From assembly GCA_944391285.1 (NCBI GenBank), contig CALXSY010000005.1, positions 11,196-75,195 on the forward strand: a stretch of DNA of 64,000 nt, in the 5' to 3' direction. Source of the stretch: an uncultured Clostridia bacterium. GTDB taxonomy: Bacteria > Bacillota > Peptococcia > Peptococcales > Peptococcaceae. The translations under genes and the position numbers were made by a program. The number at the start of each line of letters is the position of its first letter. Within the stretch, counting starts at the first letter, position 1. Of the stretch, positions 1 to 7,991 are shown piece by piece. The notes beneath the pieces were generated by a model. That model was not told the DNA's origin. It did no database searches and was given only the letters and a program-made list of their open reading frames with translations.

Positions 1-73
1 AATATCGGTGCCACATCTGCCAAAGCCGGCGATATCATCGATGCTTTATCTGAGGTTATCCGAGGTGAAATGC

Positions 74-1198
74 ATGTATAGACCGGCTTGGGTAGAAATA
101 GATTTAGCGGCTGTTCGTTTTAATCTGCGAACCATCAAAGCAAAGGTGGGCTCAACAAAAATTATGGCGGTAGTTAAAGCAGATGCTTACGGTCACGGAG
201 CCGTAGAAGTAAGCCGGGTTGCCTTAGAAGAGGGTGCTTATGCCTTAGCAGTCAGCAATATGGAAGAAGCGCTGGAATTAAGAAACGCCCAGTTTGCCTG
301 CCCCATTTTAATCCTGGGCTGGAGTCCGGAGAGCTGTTACAAAGCGGCAGTTGAAAACGAGATAACCCTGGCAATATTTGATTTAGCCGAAGCCCAAAAG
401 CTGGCACAGACAGCGCAGGCTTTAGGCAAAAAGGCTAAGGTGCATTTAAAGGTGGATACAGGAATGTCTCGTATTGGCATAATGCCCGATGAAGAGGGCT
501 TAAAGACGGCAGCTGCCATTATCGGTTTAAAGGATTTGGCGGTTGAAGGCATTTTCAGCCATTTTGCCAAAGCTGACGAACGGGATAAAACTTTTGCTTA
601 TCAGCAATTAGAGCGTTTTAACAAATTTACGGCGTTAATTGAGGAAAACACCGGGCAGAAGTTTATCTTGAAGCATATTGCCAACTCGGCGGCAATCATG
701 GAAATGCCCGAAGCGTACTTGGATATGGTGCGTGCCGGCATTATTCTTTACGGCAATTATCCTTCTAAAGAGGTCGAGCGGGCTGATTTCCCTTTAAAAG
801 AGGCAATGAGCGTCAAAGCCTTGGTGGCAAGGGTGCAAAAATTGCCGCAAGGAACTACTATCGGCTACGGCGGCACCTATCGATTAAGCAAAGATACTTC
901 TGTAGCCACTATTCCGGTAGGCTATGCGGACGGCTACAATAGAAGACTGAGTAACCGAGGCTTGGTTGAGTACCAAGGACGACTGTTAAAAGTTATCGGC
1001 AATGTCTGTATGGATCAGTTTATGGTCGAAATAGCCGATGATTTAAAAATAAATGTCGGAGATACTGTAACTGTTATGGGCGGGAAATGCCCCGAAATAT
1101 CGGCTGAAAGCATAGCGGATACTTTAGGCAGTATTTCCTATGAAATCGATTGTTTGTTTAAATTGCGCTTAAGACGCATATTTAAAGATGAAAAGTAA
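74..1198 (+). CDS. alr: Alanine racemase
   Basis: PLP-lysine motif AVVKADAYGHG and typical Alr length (374 aa from the ATG at 74). GAGGTG RBS at 62-67. The track ORF starts earlier at 8, but the N-terminal extension has no Alr counterpart. Confidence 0.9.
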   Translation: MYRPAWVEIDLAAVRFNLRTIKAKVGSTKIMAVVKADAYGHGAVEVSRVALEEGAYALAVSNMEEALELRNAQFACPILILGWSPESCYKAAVENEITLAIFDLAEAQKLAQTAQALGKKAKVHLKVDTGMSRIGIMPDEEGLKTAAAIIGLKDLAVEGIFSHFAKADERDKTFAYQQLERFNKFTALIEENTGQKFILKHIANSAAIMEMPEAYLDMVRAGIILYGNYPSKEVERADFPLKEAMSVKALVARVQKLPQGTTIGYGGTYRLSKDTSVATIPVGYADGYNRRLSNRGLVEYQGRLLKVIGNVCMDQFMVEIADDLKINVGDTVTVMGGKCPEISAESIADTLGSISYEIDCLFKLRLRRIFKDEK

Positions 1199-1234
1199 AT
1201 TTGAGAGATGTTTAAGAAGATGCGGAGATGAATT

Positions 1235-1618
1235 ATGATTAAGCGCGGAGACATATTTGTAGCCAACCTAAGTCCCGTAGTTGGCTCGGAGCAGGGCGGA
1301 GAGCGGCCGGTTTTGATTATTCAAAACGATATCGGCAATCTAAACAGCCCTACTACCATTGTAGTACCGATAACTGCCCAAAGCGGCAAAGCTAAATTGC
1401 CCACTCATGTGGAGATACCGGGCAAAAGAGGCACTTTGCCCCGGGATTCGCTGGTTTTGGCGGAGCAGGTCAGGACATTGGACAAAACAAGGCTGAAGGA
1501 TAAACTCTGCTCCTTGGATGAGGAGCTGATGAAAAAGGTTGACAAGGCTTTAAAAATAAGCCTTGGTCTGTGTGAGATTGAGAAAAAAGTGGTGGACAAG
1601 CATGACAATGGAAAATGA
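1235..1618 (+). CDS. mazF: MazF/EndoA-family mRNA interferase toxin (PemK fold)
   Basis: Near-colinear with B. subtilis EndoA/NdoA ([28 protein letters not shown]...KLPTHVEI). Sits after alr, as ndoA does in Bacillus. GGAG RBS about 8 nt upstream. About 11 aa C-terminal extension overlapping the tex start. Confidence 0.9.
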   Translation: MIKRGDIFVANLSPVVGSEQGGERPVLIIQNDIGNLNSPTTIVVPITAQSGKAKLPTHVEIPGKRGTLPRDSLVLAEQVRTLDKTRLKDKLCSLDEELMKKVDKALKISLGLCEIEKKVVDKHDNGK

Positions 1619-3749
1619 GCATTTGGCGATCTTAGCCAAAGAATTAAACCGACCGTTGGCTAAGATAAAAAATGCGGTGGAACTATTAGATGAAGCCAAC
1701 ACTATTCCCTTTATCGCCCGTTACCGCAAGGAGCTAACCGGCGAGATGGATGAAGAGGTTTTGCGTGCCTTAGAAAGCCGGCTTAATTATCTGCGGGCTT
1801 TGGATAAGCGCAAAAATGAGATTTATAATAATATTGCCGAGCAGGGCAAAATGACCGATGAGCTGGCAGCAAAAATTGCCGCGGCAAAAATCCTGCAAGA
1901 GGTCGAGGATTTATATCTGCCTTATAAGCAAAAGAAGAAAACCCGTGCCGGTATAGCCAAAGCTAAAGGCTTAGAGCCTTTGGCTTTAGCTATATTAAAT
2001 AAAGAAAACAAAACAGCACCGCAAAAACTGGCGGAAACATATCTCAATGAAGAAGTAGAAGATGTTTTAGCCGCTTTAGCCGGGGCTGAGGATATCATCG
2101 CTGAAATCGCCAGCGATGATGCTGACTTGCGCAAAATTATCCGCTCCCTAAGCTATAAAGAAGGTATCATGCAGAGCAAAGCGGTTGATCCGGAGGCGGT
2201 AAGCCCTTACCAAATGTATTATGACTATGCCGAAAGGATAGCCAAATTACCGCCTCACCGCATTTTGGCTATGAATCGGGGCGAAAGCGCCGAGATGCTC
2301 AAAATTACCCTTGAAGTGCCGGAAGATAAAATATTAGCCCTAATCGGCGAAAAATATGCCTCCTCCTTAACCGCAGAGGCACAGGAAATAGTGCTGAGAG
2401 CCACAAAAGACGGTTATAAGCGTTTGATTGCTCCGGCAATCGAGCGGGAGCTGCGCAACGGTTTAACCGACAAAGGCGAAGAGCAGGCTATCAAAGTATT
2501 TAAGCAAAATCTGCACAGCCTGCTTTTGCAGCCGCCGGTCAAAGGGCAGGTTGTCTTGGGAGTTGACCCCGGTTTTCGTACCGGCTGCAAATTAGCGGTG
2601 GTTGATGAAACGGGCAAAGTTTTAAAAATAGGGGTTATGTATCCGCATCCGCCGCAGAAAAAATATGCCGAAGCTAAAGCGCTGATGCAAAGCATGATTG
2701 AGGAATTTCAGGTTGATATTATCGCCATCGGCAACGGCACCGCTTCCAGAGAGTCCGAGGCTTTGGCGGCTGAGGTAATCAAAGATTATCCGGATGTAAA
2801 ATATATCATCGTTTCGGAAGCGGGAGCCTCGGTTTATTCGGCATCGGCTTTAGCCAAGGAAGAATTCCCCGATTACGATTTATCCCTGCGCAGTGCTGTA
2901 TCAATCGCCCGCCGCCTGCAGGATCCTTTGGCGGAATTGGTTAAAATTGAGCCCAAGGCGGTGGGTGTCGGTCAATATCAGCACGATGTTACGCCGAAAA
3001 AATTAGATGAATCATTAGGCGCAGTAGTGGAAGACTGCGTAAATATGGTTGGCGTGGATTTAAACACTGCTTCCGGTGCATTACTCCAATATATCGCCGG
3101 TTTAACTAAATCCACCGCTAACGGCGTAGTTAAATATCGTGATGCTCAAGGTAAATTTACCAACCGTTCCGAGCTTTTAAAAGTACCGCGCTTAGGACCG
3201 AAGGCTTATGAGCAGTGCGCCGGATTTATCCGCATCAGCGATGGGGACAATCCCCTTGATAATACTTCGGTGCACCCGGAGTCTTACCAAACAGCGGAAA
3301 AATTACTGGCAGAGTTAGGGTTTAAAGCAGAGGATTTGGGAAAGAATAATGCCAAATTGCAGCAGGCGCTGGAAAAATTGCCGGTTAAGGAAACGGCAGA
3401 GCACTTGGAGGTTGGCGAACCTACTTTAAGGGATATTATCAGCGCCCTTTTAAAACCCGGCAGAGACCCTCGGGAGGAACTGCCGCCGCCGTTATTGCGC
3501 AGCGATGTTTTGTCCATCGAGGATTTAAAACCGGAGATGGAATTGATGGGCACAGTGCGCAATGTGGTTGATTTTGGTGCGTTTGTCGATATCGGTGTTA
3601 AGCACGATGGTTTGGTGCATATCTCCGAGCTGGGGGAAAAGTATGTTAAGCATCCCTTGGAAGTAGTTGCGGTAGGAGATATAGTCAAGGTTAAAGTTCT
3701 ATCAGTCGACGAAAAACGGGGACGGGTAGCTTTAACGATGAAAATGTAG
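1602..3749 (+). CDS. tex: Tex transcription accessory protein (YqgF/RuvC-like, HhH and C-terminal S1 domains)
   Basis: Conserved Tex N-terminus ([13 protein letters not shown]) and YqgF-like core ([18 protein letters not shown]). C-terminal S1 domain ([24 protein letters not shown]). GGTGG RBS before the ATG at 1602. Confidence 0.9.
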   Translation: MTMENEHLAILAKELNRPLAKIKNAVELLDEANTIPFIARYRKELTGEMDEEVLRALESRLNYLRALDKRKNEIYNNIAEQGKMTDELAAKIAAAKILQEVEDLYLPYKQKKKTRAGIAKAKGLEPLALAILNKENKTAPQKLAETYLNEEVEDVLAALAGAEDIIAEIASDDADLRKIIRSLSYKEGIMQSKAVDPEAVSPYQMYYDYAERIAKLPPHRILAMNRGESAEMLKITLEVPEDKILALIGEKYASSLTAEAQEIVLRATKDGYKRLIAPAIERELRNGLTDKGEEQAIKVFKQNLHSLLLQPPVKGQVVLGVDPGFRTGCKLAVVDETGKVLKIGVMYPHPPQKKYAEAKALMQSMIEEFQVDIIAIGNGTASRESEALAAEVIKDYPDVKYIIVSEAGASVYSASALAKEEFPDYDLSLRSAVSIARRLQDPLAELVKIEPKAVGVGQYQHDVTPKKLDESLGAVVEDCVNMVGVDLNTASGALLQYIAGLTKSTANGVVKYRDAQGKFTNRSELLKVPRLGPKAYEQCAGFIRISDGDNPLDNTSVHPESYQTAEKLLAELGFKAEDLGKNNAKLQQALEKLPVKETAEHLEVGEPTLRDIISALLKPGRDPREELPPPLLRSDVLSIEDLKPEMELMGTVRNVVDFGAFVDIGVKHDGLVHISELGEKYVKHPLEVVAVGDIVKVKVLSVDEKRGRVALTMKM

Positions 3750-3759
3750 GAGGAAAACT

Positions 3760-4899
3760 ATGAAAAAAACTATCGCCTTGGTTAACGGGCGGATTTATAC
3801 TATCACTAAAGGCATTATTGAGCAAGGTCAGGTGCTTATCAAAGACGGTAAAATAGTTTTGGTGGGACAAAAGCTTTTATTGCCGGATAATGCAGAAGTG
3901 ATTGATGTCGAAGGAGCAATTATCAGCCCCGGTTTGATTGATGCTCATACTCATATGGGCATCGAGGAAGAAATTCATCCCGAGGGAGAGGATACCAACG
4001 AGATGACCGAGCCGGTAACTGCCGAGCTGCGGGCGATTGACGGCATCAATCCACGGGATATCGGCTATCAGGACGCTTTAAAAGCCGGAGTAACCACCGT
4101 TATGGTTACGATGGGCAGTGCCAATGTTATCGGCGGCTTGACCTGTGTGATGAAAACCTCCGGCAGGGATTTAAAGGACATGGTTTTAAAAGAGGAAGCC
4201 GGCTTAAAAATGGCTTTCGGCGAAAATCCCAAACGAGTTTACAGCGAGCAGAAGAAAGCGCCGACAACCCGCATGGCAACGATGGCTTTGGCACGGCAAG
4301 CCTTTTATGACGCTAAGCATTATGAAAGCAAAAAGGCAGAAGAGGGCTTAGATTTAGCCAATGAGCATGTGCTTAAAGCTTTAAAGAAAGAAATTCCGGT
4401 GCGCTTGCACGCTCACCGAGCCGATGACATTTTAAGCGCCCTGCGCCTGCGGGATGAATTTGATTTGGAAATGGTGATAGAGCACGGCACTGACGGGCAT
4501 TTGATTGTGCCGGAATTAGCAGAAGCCAAAGTGCCGGTAGCAGTAGGTCCCAGCTTGAGCAACAGAGCCAAGGTAGAGATGGAAAATGTAACCTTTGCTA
4601 CTGCCGGTATTTTGGCTAATGCCGGAGTAAAGGTTGCTTTAATCACCGACCATCCTTGCACGCCGATTGCTTATCTGCCTATTTGTGCCGGCTTAGCTAT
4701 CAAGCACGGCATGAGTGAGGAAGATGCCTGGAAAGCGGTAACGATTAACCCAGCGGAAATTATGCATATTGATGATCGCTTAGGCAGTATCGAAGCCGGC
4801 AAAGATGCCGATTTGGTTGTTTGGCAGGGTGAGCCTTTCAGCATTATGGGTGCTCCTAAAATAGTGATAGTTAATGGTGGGATAGTTTATAATGCTTAA
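3760..4899 (+). CDS. Metal-dependent amidohydrolase family protein (substrate unknown)
   Basis: HxH metal motif GLIDAHTHMG near the N-terminus and a C-terminal GSIE.GK.ADLVV motif typical of the amidohydrolase superfamily. AGGAGG RBS. Confidence 0.75.
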   Translation: MKKTIALVNGRIYTITKGIIEQGQVLIKDGKIVLVGQKLLLPDNAEVIDVEGAIISPGLIDAHTHMGIEEEIHPEGEDTNEMTEPVTAELRAIDGINPRDIGYQDALKAGVTTVMVTMGSANVIGGLTCVMKTSGRDLKDMVLKEEAGLKMAFGENPKRVYSEQKKAPTTRMATMALARQAFYDAKHYESKKAEEGLDLANEHVLKALKKEIPVRLHAHRADDILSALRLRDEFDLEMVIEHGTDGHLIVPELAEAKVPVAVGPSLSNRAKVEMENVTFATAGILANAGVKVALITDHPCTPIAYLPICAGLAIKHGMSEEDAWKAVTINPAEIMHIDDRLGSIEAGKDADLVVWQGEPFSIMGAPKIVIVNGGIVYNA

Positions 4900-4914
4900 A
4901 AAAATCACTGTTAA

Positions 4915-5103
4915 TTGGCAGTTTGTATGATCGTATTCGTAGCATTAGCAACTCCTACGGCTTCTCCATTCTCTGGTATGCTTTATGCCTGTAAAGATTT
5001 GGTTGCATTTAAGCAAATTGAAAGCTTATTCTTACCCATGCTGCCTATTGCGTTAATCCTTTATGTATTTATCGGTTATAACCTAGCAGGATTATTATTT
5101 TAA
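4915..5103 (+). pseudogene. Possible 3' remnant of a membrane transporter gene, or a small membrane protein
   Basis: 62-codon ORF with a TTG start and no clear RBS. Two hydrophobic segments. The LATPTASPFS segment resembles the last re-entrant loop/TM of ion-transporter-superfamily permeases. Followed directly by a terminator. Confidence 0.3.
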
Positions 5104-5112
5104 GAAGTTTAT

Positions 5113-5144
5113 AAAACCCGCACCTCAAAAGGTGCGGGTTTTAT
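5113..5144. terminator. Bidirectional intrinsic terminator between convergent genes
   Basis: aaaacccgcacc-tcaaaa-ggtgcgggtttt: GC-rich 8-bp stem flanked by an A-run and a T-run. Confidence 0.8.
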
Positions 5145-5163
5145 AGTGTAATTTGAAATAAAA

Positions 5164-5979
5164 TTAAAAAATAAAGAAATATCCTAAGACAATTAAACCT
5201 AAGACGATGCGGTAATAACCGAAAACTTTGAAATCATGAGTTTGGATATAGCGCATTAAAAATTTAATGGCAAATATAGAAACGACAAAGGAAACAAATG
5301 AACCGATAAATAATAAACTCCATTCAGCTAAAGTGAAATCCAAGCCTGCCTTTACCAATTTTAAGGCACTGGCACCGAGCATGGTCGGTATAGCCAGAAA
5401 GAAGGAAAATTCGGCGGCAACAGTGCGGGAGGTGCCCAAGAGCATAGCGCCGATAATGGTAGCTCCGGAGCGGGAGGTGCCTGGAATCATCGCCAAAGCC
5501 TGGCAGAAGCCGATTAAAATAATGGTTACATAGCCTAACTGGCTAAAGGATGTAATCCGTGGTGTGGGACGAAATTTTTCGATTAAGATAAAAAGCACAC
5601 CGTAAATGATTAAGGTTGTCGCCACTGTAGTGGAGTTAAAGAATAAGGCATCAATTTGGTCATTAAAAAGTAAGCCTAAAACTCCGGCAGGAATAATGCC
5701 GACAATTACCTTGCCCCACAAACTAAAGGTTTCCCGCCGTTCAATGATGGAGTTTCCTTTGGCATAAGGGTTAAGCTTGCGAAAATAGAGAATTACTACG
5801 GCTAAAATGGAGCCAAACTGCACCACCACTAAAAATGTGCTGACAAACAGTTCGCTTTGCTGTAATTTAATAAATTCATCTACCAAAATCATATGTCCGG
5901 TGCTGCTGATGGGCAGCCATTCGGTAATACCTTGCACAATTCCTAAAAATATTACCTTCAAAACTTCTAAGAAATACAT
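5164..5979 (-). CDS. uppP: Undecaprenyl-diphosphate phosphatase (BacA/UppP)
   Basis: Motifs [15 protein letters not shown] and [10 protein letters not shown]. About 8 TM helices, 271 aa. Confidence 0.9.
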   Translation of the reverse strand: MYFLEVLKVIFLGIVQGITEWLPISSTGHMILVDEFIKLQQSELFVSTFLVVVQFGSILAVVILYFRKLNPYAKGNSIIERRETFSLWGKVIVGIIPAGVLGLLFNDQIDALFFNSTTVATTLIIYGVLFILIEKFRPTPRITSFSQLGYVTIILIGFCQALAMIPGTSRSGATIIGAMLLGTSRTVAAEFSFFLAIPTMLGASALKLVKAGLDFTLAEWSLLFIGSFVSFVVSIFAIKFLMRYIQTHDFKVFGYYRIVLGLIVLGYFFIF

Positions 5980-6078
5980 TATAATTTACCTCTCTTACAA
6001 AAAAATGGTCTAAATAATATTTTACCTTATTAGCTAATTAATAGCAAGGGTTTTTTCAGGGAAAATCTTGGGCATTTG

Positions 6079-6107
6079 TTGACAAAATATCTTTTTAGAT
6101 TTATAAT
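6079..6107 (+). promoter_or_regulatory. Sigma-A type promoter for the chorismate mutase/aroE-aroK operon
   Basis: TTGACA (6079-6084), 17-bp spacer, TATAAT (6102-6107). Confidence 0.6.
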
Positions 6108-6131
6108 CAAAACAAATTTTTCTTTCAAGGA

Positions 6132-6404
6132 GTGATTATAATGGAAGATATCCAAGATTTGCGCAGAGAAATCGATAAAATTGACCAAGAAATAGTTAAG
6201 CTTTTTAATCATAGGTTGGAAATTGCTAAAAAGATAGCTCTCTATAAAAAGGCTAATAACTTAGCCGTCTTAGACCAAAAAAGAGAAGATGCTTTATTAG
6301 AAAAAATAAGCACACTCAGCCAAGATGAATATAAGGAAGAAACTTTAAAGCTTTATGATGGTATTTTAAAGATTTCCAAAGATTATCAAAAGAAACATAT
6401 TTAA
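6132..6404 (+). CDS. Chorismate mutase (AroQ class, monofunctional)
   Basis: 90 aa, all-helical. LR.EID.ID.EIV.L...R...A..IA.YK signature of the AroQ/CM_2 domain. Confidence 0.8.
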   Translation: MIIMEDIQDLRREIDKIDQEIVKLFNHRLEIAKKIALYKKANNLAVLDQKREDALLEKISTLSQDEYKEETLKLYDGILKISKDYQKKHI

Positions 6405-6416
6405 AGGGTGAGAAAG

Positions 6417-7661
6417 ATGTTCAAAGGATTTGAAAATTGGCAAATGGGGCTTTTGGGCGAAAAGCTGGGGCACAGCTTTTCCGCTTTGATTCACCCTAAA
6501 ATCGGCGATTATCAGTATAAATTGTACGAAGTTGCCCCGGAAAAATTGGGCGGATTTCTGCAAAACAGCAATTTTGCCGGCTTAAATGTCACTATTCCCT
6601 ACAAAAAGCAGGTGATGAAGTATTTAGATGATATTGCACCGATGGCGAAAAAGATCGGCGCAGTCAACACTATTAAAAAAATGCCCGACGGTTCATTGAT
6701 TGGCTACAATACCGACTACGACGGTTTTAAATATATGCTGCAAAATAATAAGGTAGTTATCAAAGATAAAAAGGTGTTGATTTTGGGCTCCGGCGGCGCC
6801 GCAGTCATGGTCAGCGCCGTTTTGGAGGAATTAGGTGCCAAGGAAATAGTGATGATTTCCCGCAAAGGGGAGAATAACTATCAAAATATCCATAAGCATT
6901 ACGATGCGCAAGCGATAATCAATGCTACTCCCGTAGGCATGTATCCCAATAATTATCAAGCTCCCCTTGACATCAGCCCTTTTAAAGCCTGCGAAAGCGT
7001 GGTAGATCTCATTTATAATCCCTTGCGCACTAAGTTGGTAACTGAGGCAAAAATGCAGGGGATAAACGCGGTAGGCGGTTTGGAAATGCTGGTAGCGCAG
7101 GCGGCAGTTTCGGCTTCTATCTGGTGTGAAAGGGAGATTGAAGCAGAGGAGATTGAGAAAATTATCACTTGGCTCAATAAGAAAATGGAGAATATCGTAT
7201 TAATCGGCATGCCCGGCTGCGGCAAGACTACCATTGCCAAAAAATTATCCGCCTTGCTTGACAAAGAAGCGGTTGATTTAGATGAAATGTTCAGCGCCCA
7301 TTTCCACCAAACGCCGGAAGAGGTTATAAATAACGAAGGCGAAGAAGTATTCCGCCAAATGGAGCATGAAATAACAAAATTGGCAGGCAAAAGAAGCGGC
7401 ATCATCATTGCCGCCGGCGGAGGAACAGTGACCAGAAGGGAAAATTATTTTCCCTTAAAGCAAAATGGTGTAATTGTCTATTTAAAACGGGATTTAACCA
7501 AACTGCCCAAAGAAGGCAGACCCCTTTCCCAAAGGAATGATTTGGCAGAGCTTTACCAAAAAAGAAAAAGCGATTACAAATATTTTGCCGATTTGACTTT
7601 GGCAATGACTGATGATGCGGAGGATAATCTAAGACGCTTATTACCAATGTTAGCTGAGTGA
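6417..7661 (+). CDS. aroE/aroK: Bifunctional shikimate dehydrogenase / shikimate kinase fusion (AroE-AroK)
   Basis: N-terminal AroE features (NVTIPYK, GYNTDY.GF, Rossmann ILGSGGAA). C-terminal ~165 aa carry the shikimate-kinase P-loop GMPGCGKTT and a GGG lid (AAGGGTV). ATG at 6417 behind AAAGGGTGAG. Confidence 0.85.
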   Translation: MFKGFENWQMGLLGEKLGHSFSALIHPKIGDYQYKLYEVAPEKLGGFLQNSNFAGLNVTIPYKKQVMKYLDDIAPMAKKIGAVNTIKKMPDGSLIGYNTDYDGFKYMLQNNKVVIKDKKVLILGSGGAAVMVSAVLEELGAKEIVMISRKGENNYQNIHKHYDAQAIINATPVGMYPNNYQAPLDISPFKACESVVDLIYNPLRTKLVTEAKMQGINAVGGLEMLVAQAAVSASIWCEREIEAEEIEKIITWLNKKMENIVLIGMPGCGKTTIAKKLSALLDKEAVDLDEMFSAHFHQTPEEVINNEGEEVFRQMEHEITKLAGKRSGIIIAAGGGTVTRRENYFPLKQNGVIVYLKRDLTKLPKEGRPLSQRNDLAELYQKRKSDYKYFADLTLAMTDDAEDNLRRLLPMLAE

Positions 7662-7699
7662 TTATAGGCGCAAAAAAGGGATAAAATATCATTTTGCTC

Positions 7700-7729
7700 T
7701 TGACAAAGGTAGCTTTGGTATGCTATGCT
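7700..7729 (+). promoter_or_regulatory. Promoter of the valS T-box leader
   Basis: TTGACA (7700-7705), 18-bp spacer, TATGCT (7724-7729) with an upstream TG. Confidence 0.55.
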
Positions 7730-7734
7730 AAATA

Positions 7735-7972
7735 AAATAGCCTGTGAACAAGAGGAGTAGGATGTGGATCATCTACAGAGAAAAAGACTGCGTTTTCGTG
7801 CTGGGAGGTCTTTGATGGGGTCGTATCTGAAGTCGCTTGGGAGGCGTGAGATTGATAATAGATCTCTCCGGGTGAGCCCGTTACAGCTGATGAGTGCTGT
7901 CGCTGACAGAATTAAGGTGGTACCACGGAAGCTTACACTTTCGTCCTTTTGAGGGCGGAAGTGTTTTTTATT
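7735..7972 (+). promoter_or_regulatory. T-box riboswitch leader (Val specifier) controlling valS
   Basis: Stem-I AGAGA element. Candidate specifier GUC followed by a purine (ctgaaGTCg, 7832-7834). Conserved T-box sequence aattaaggtggtaccacgg (7910-7928). Terminator stem 7936-7960 plus T-run to 7969. Confidence 0.9.
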
Positions 7973-7991
7973 TTAGAAAGGATGGCGAACA

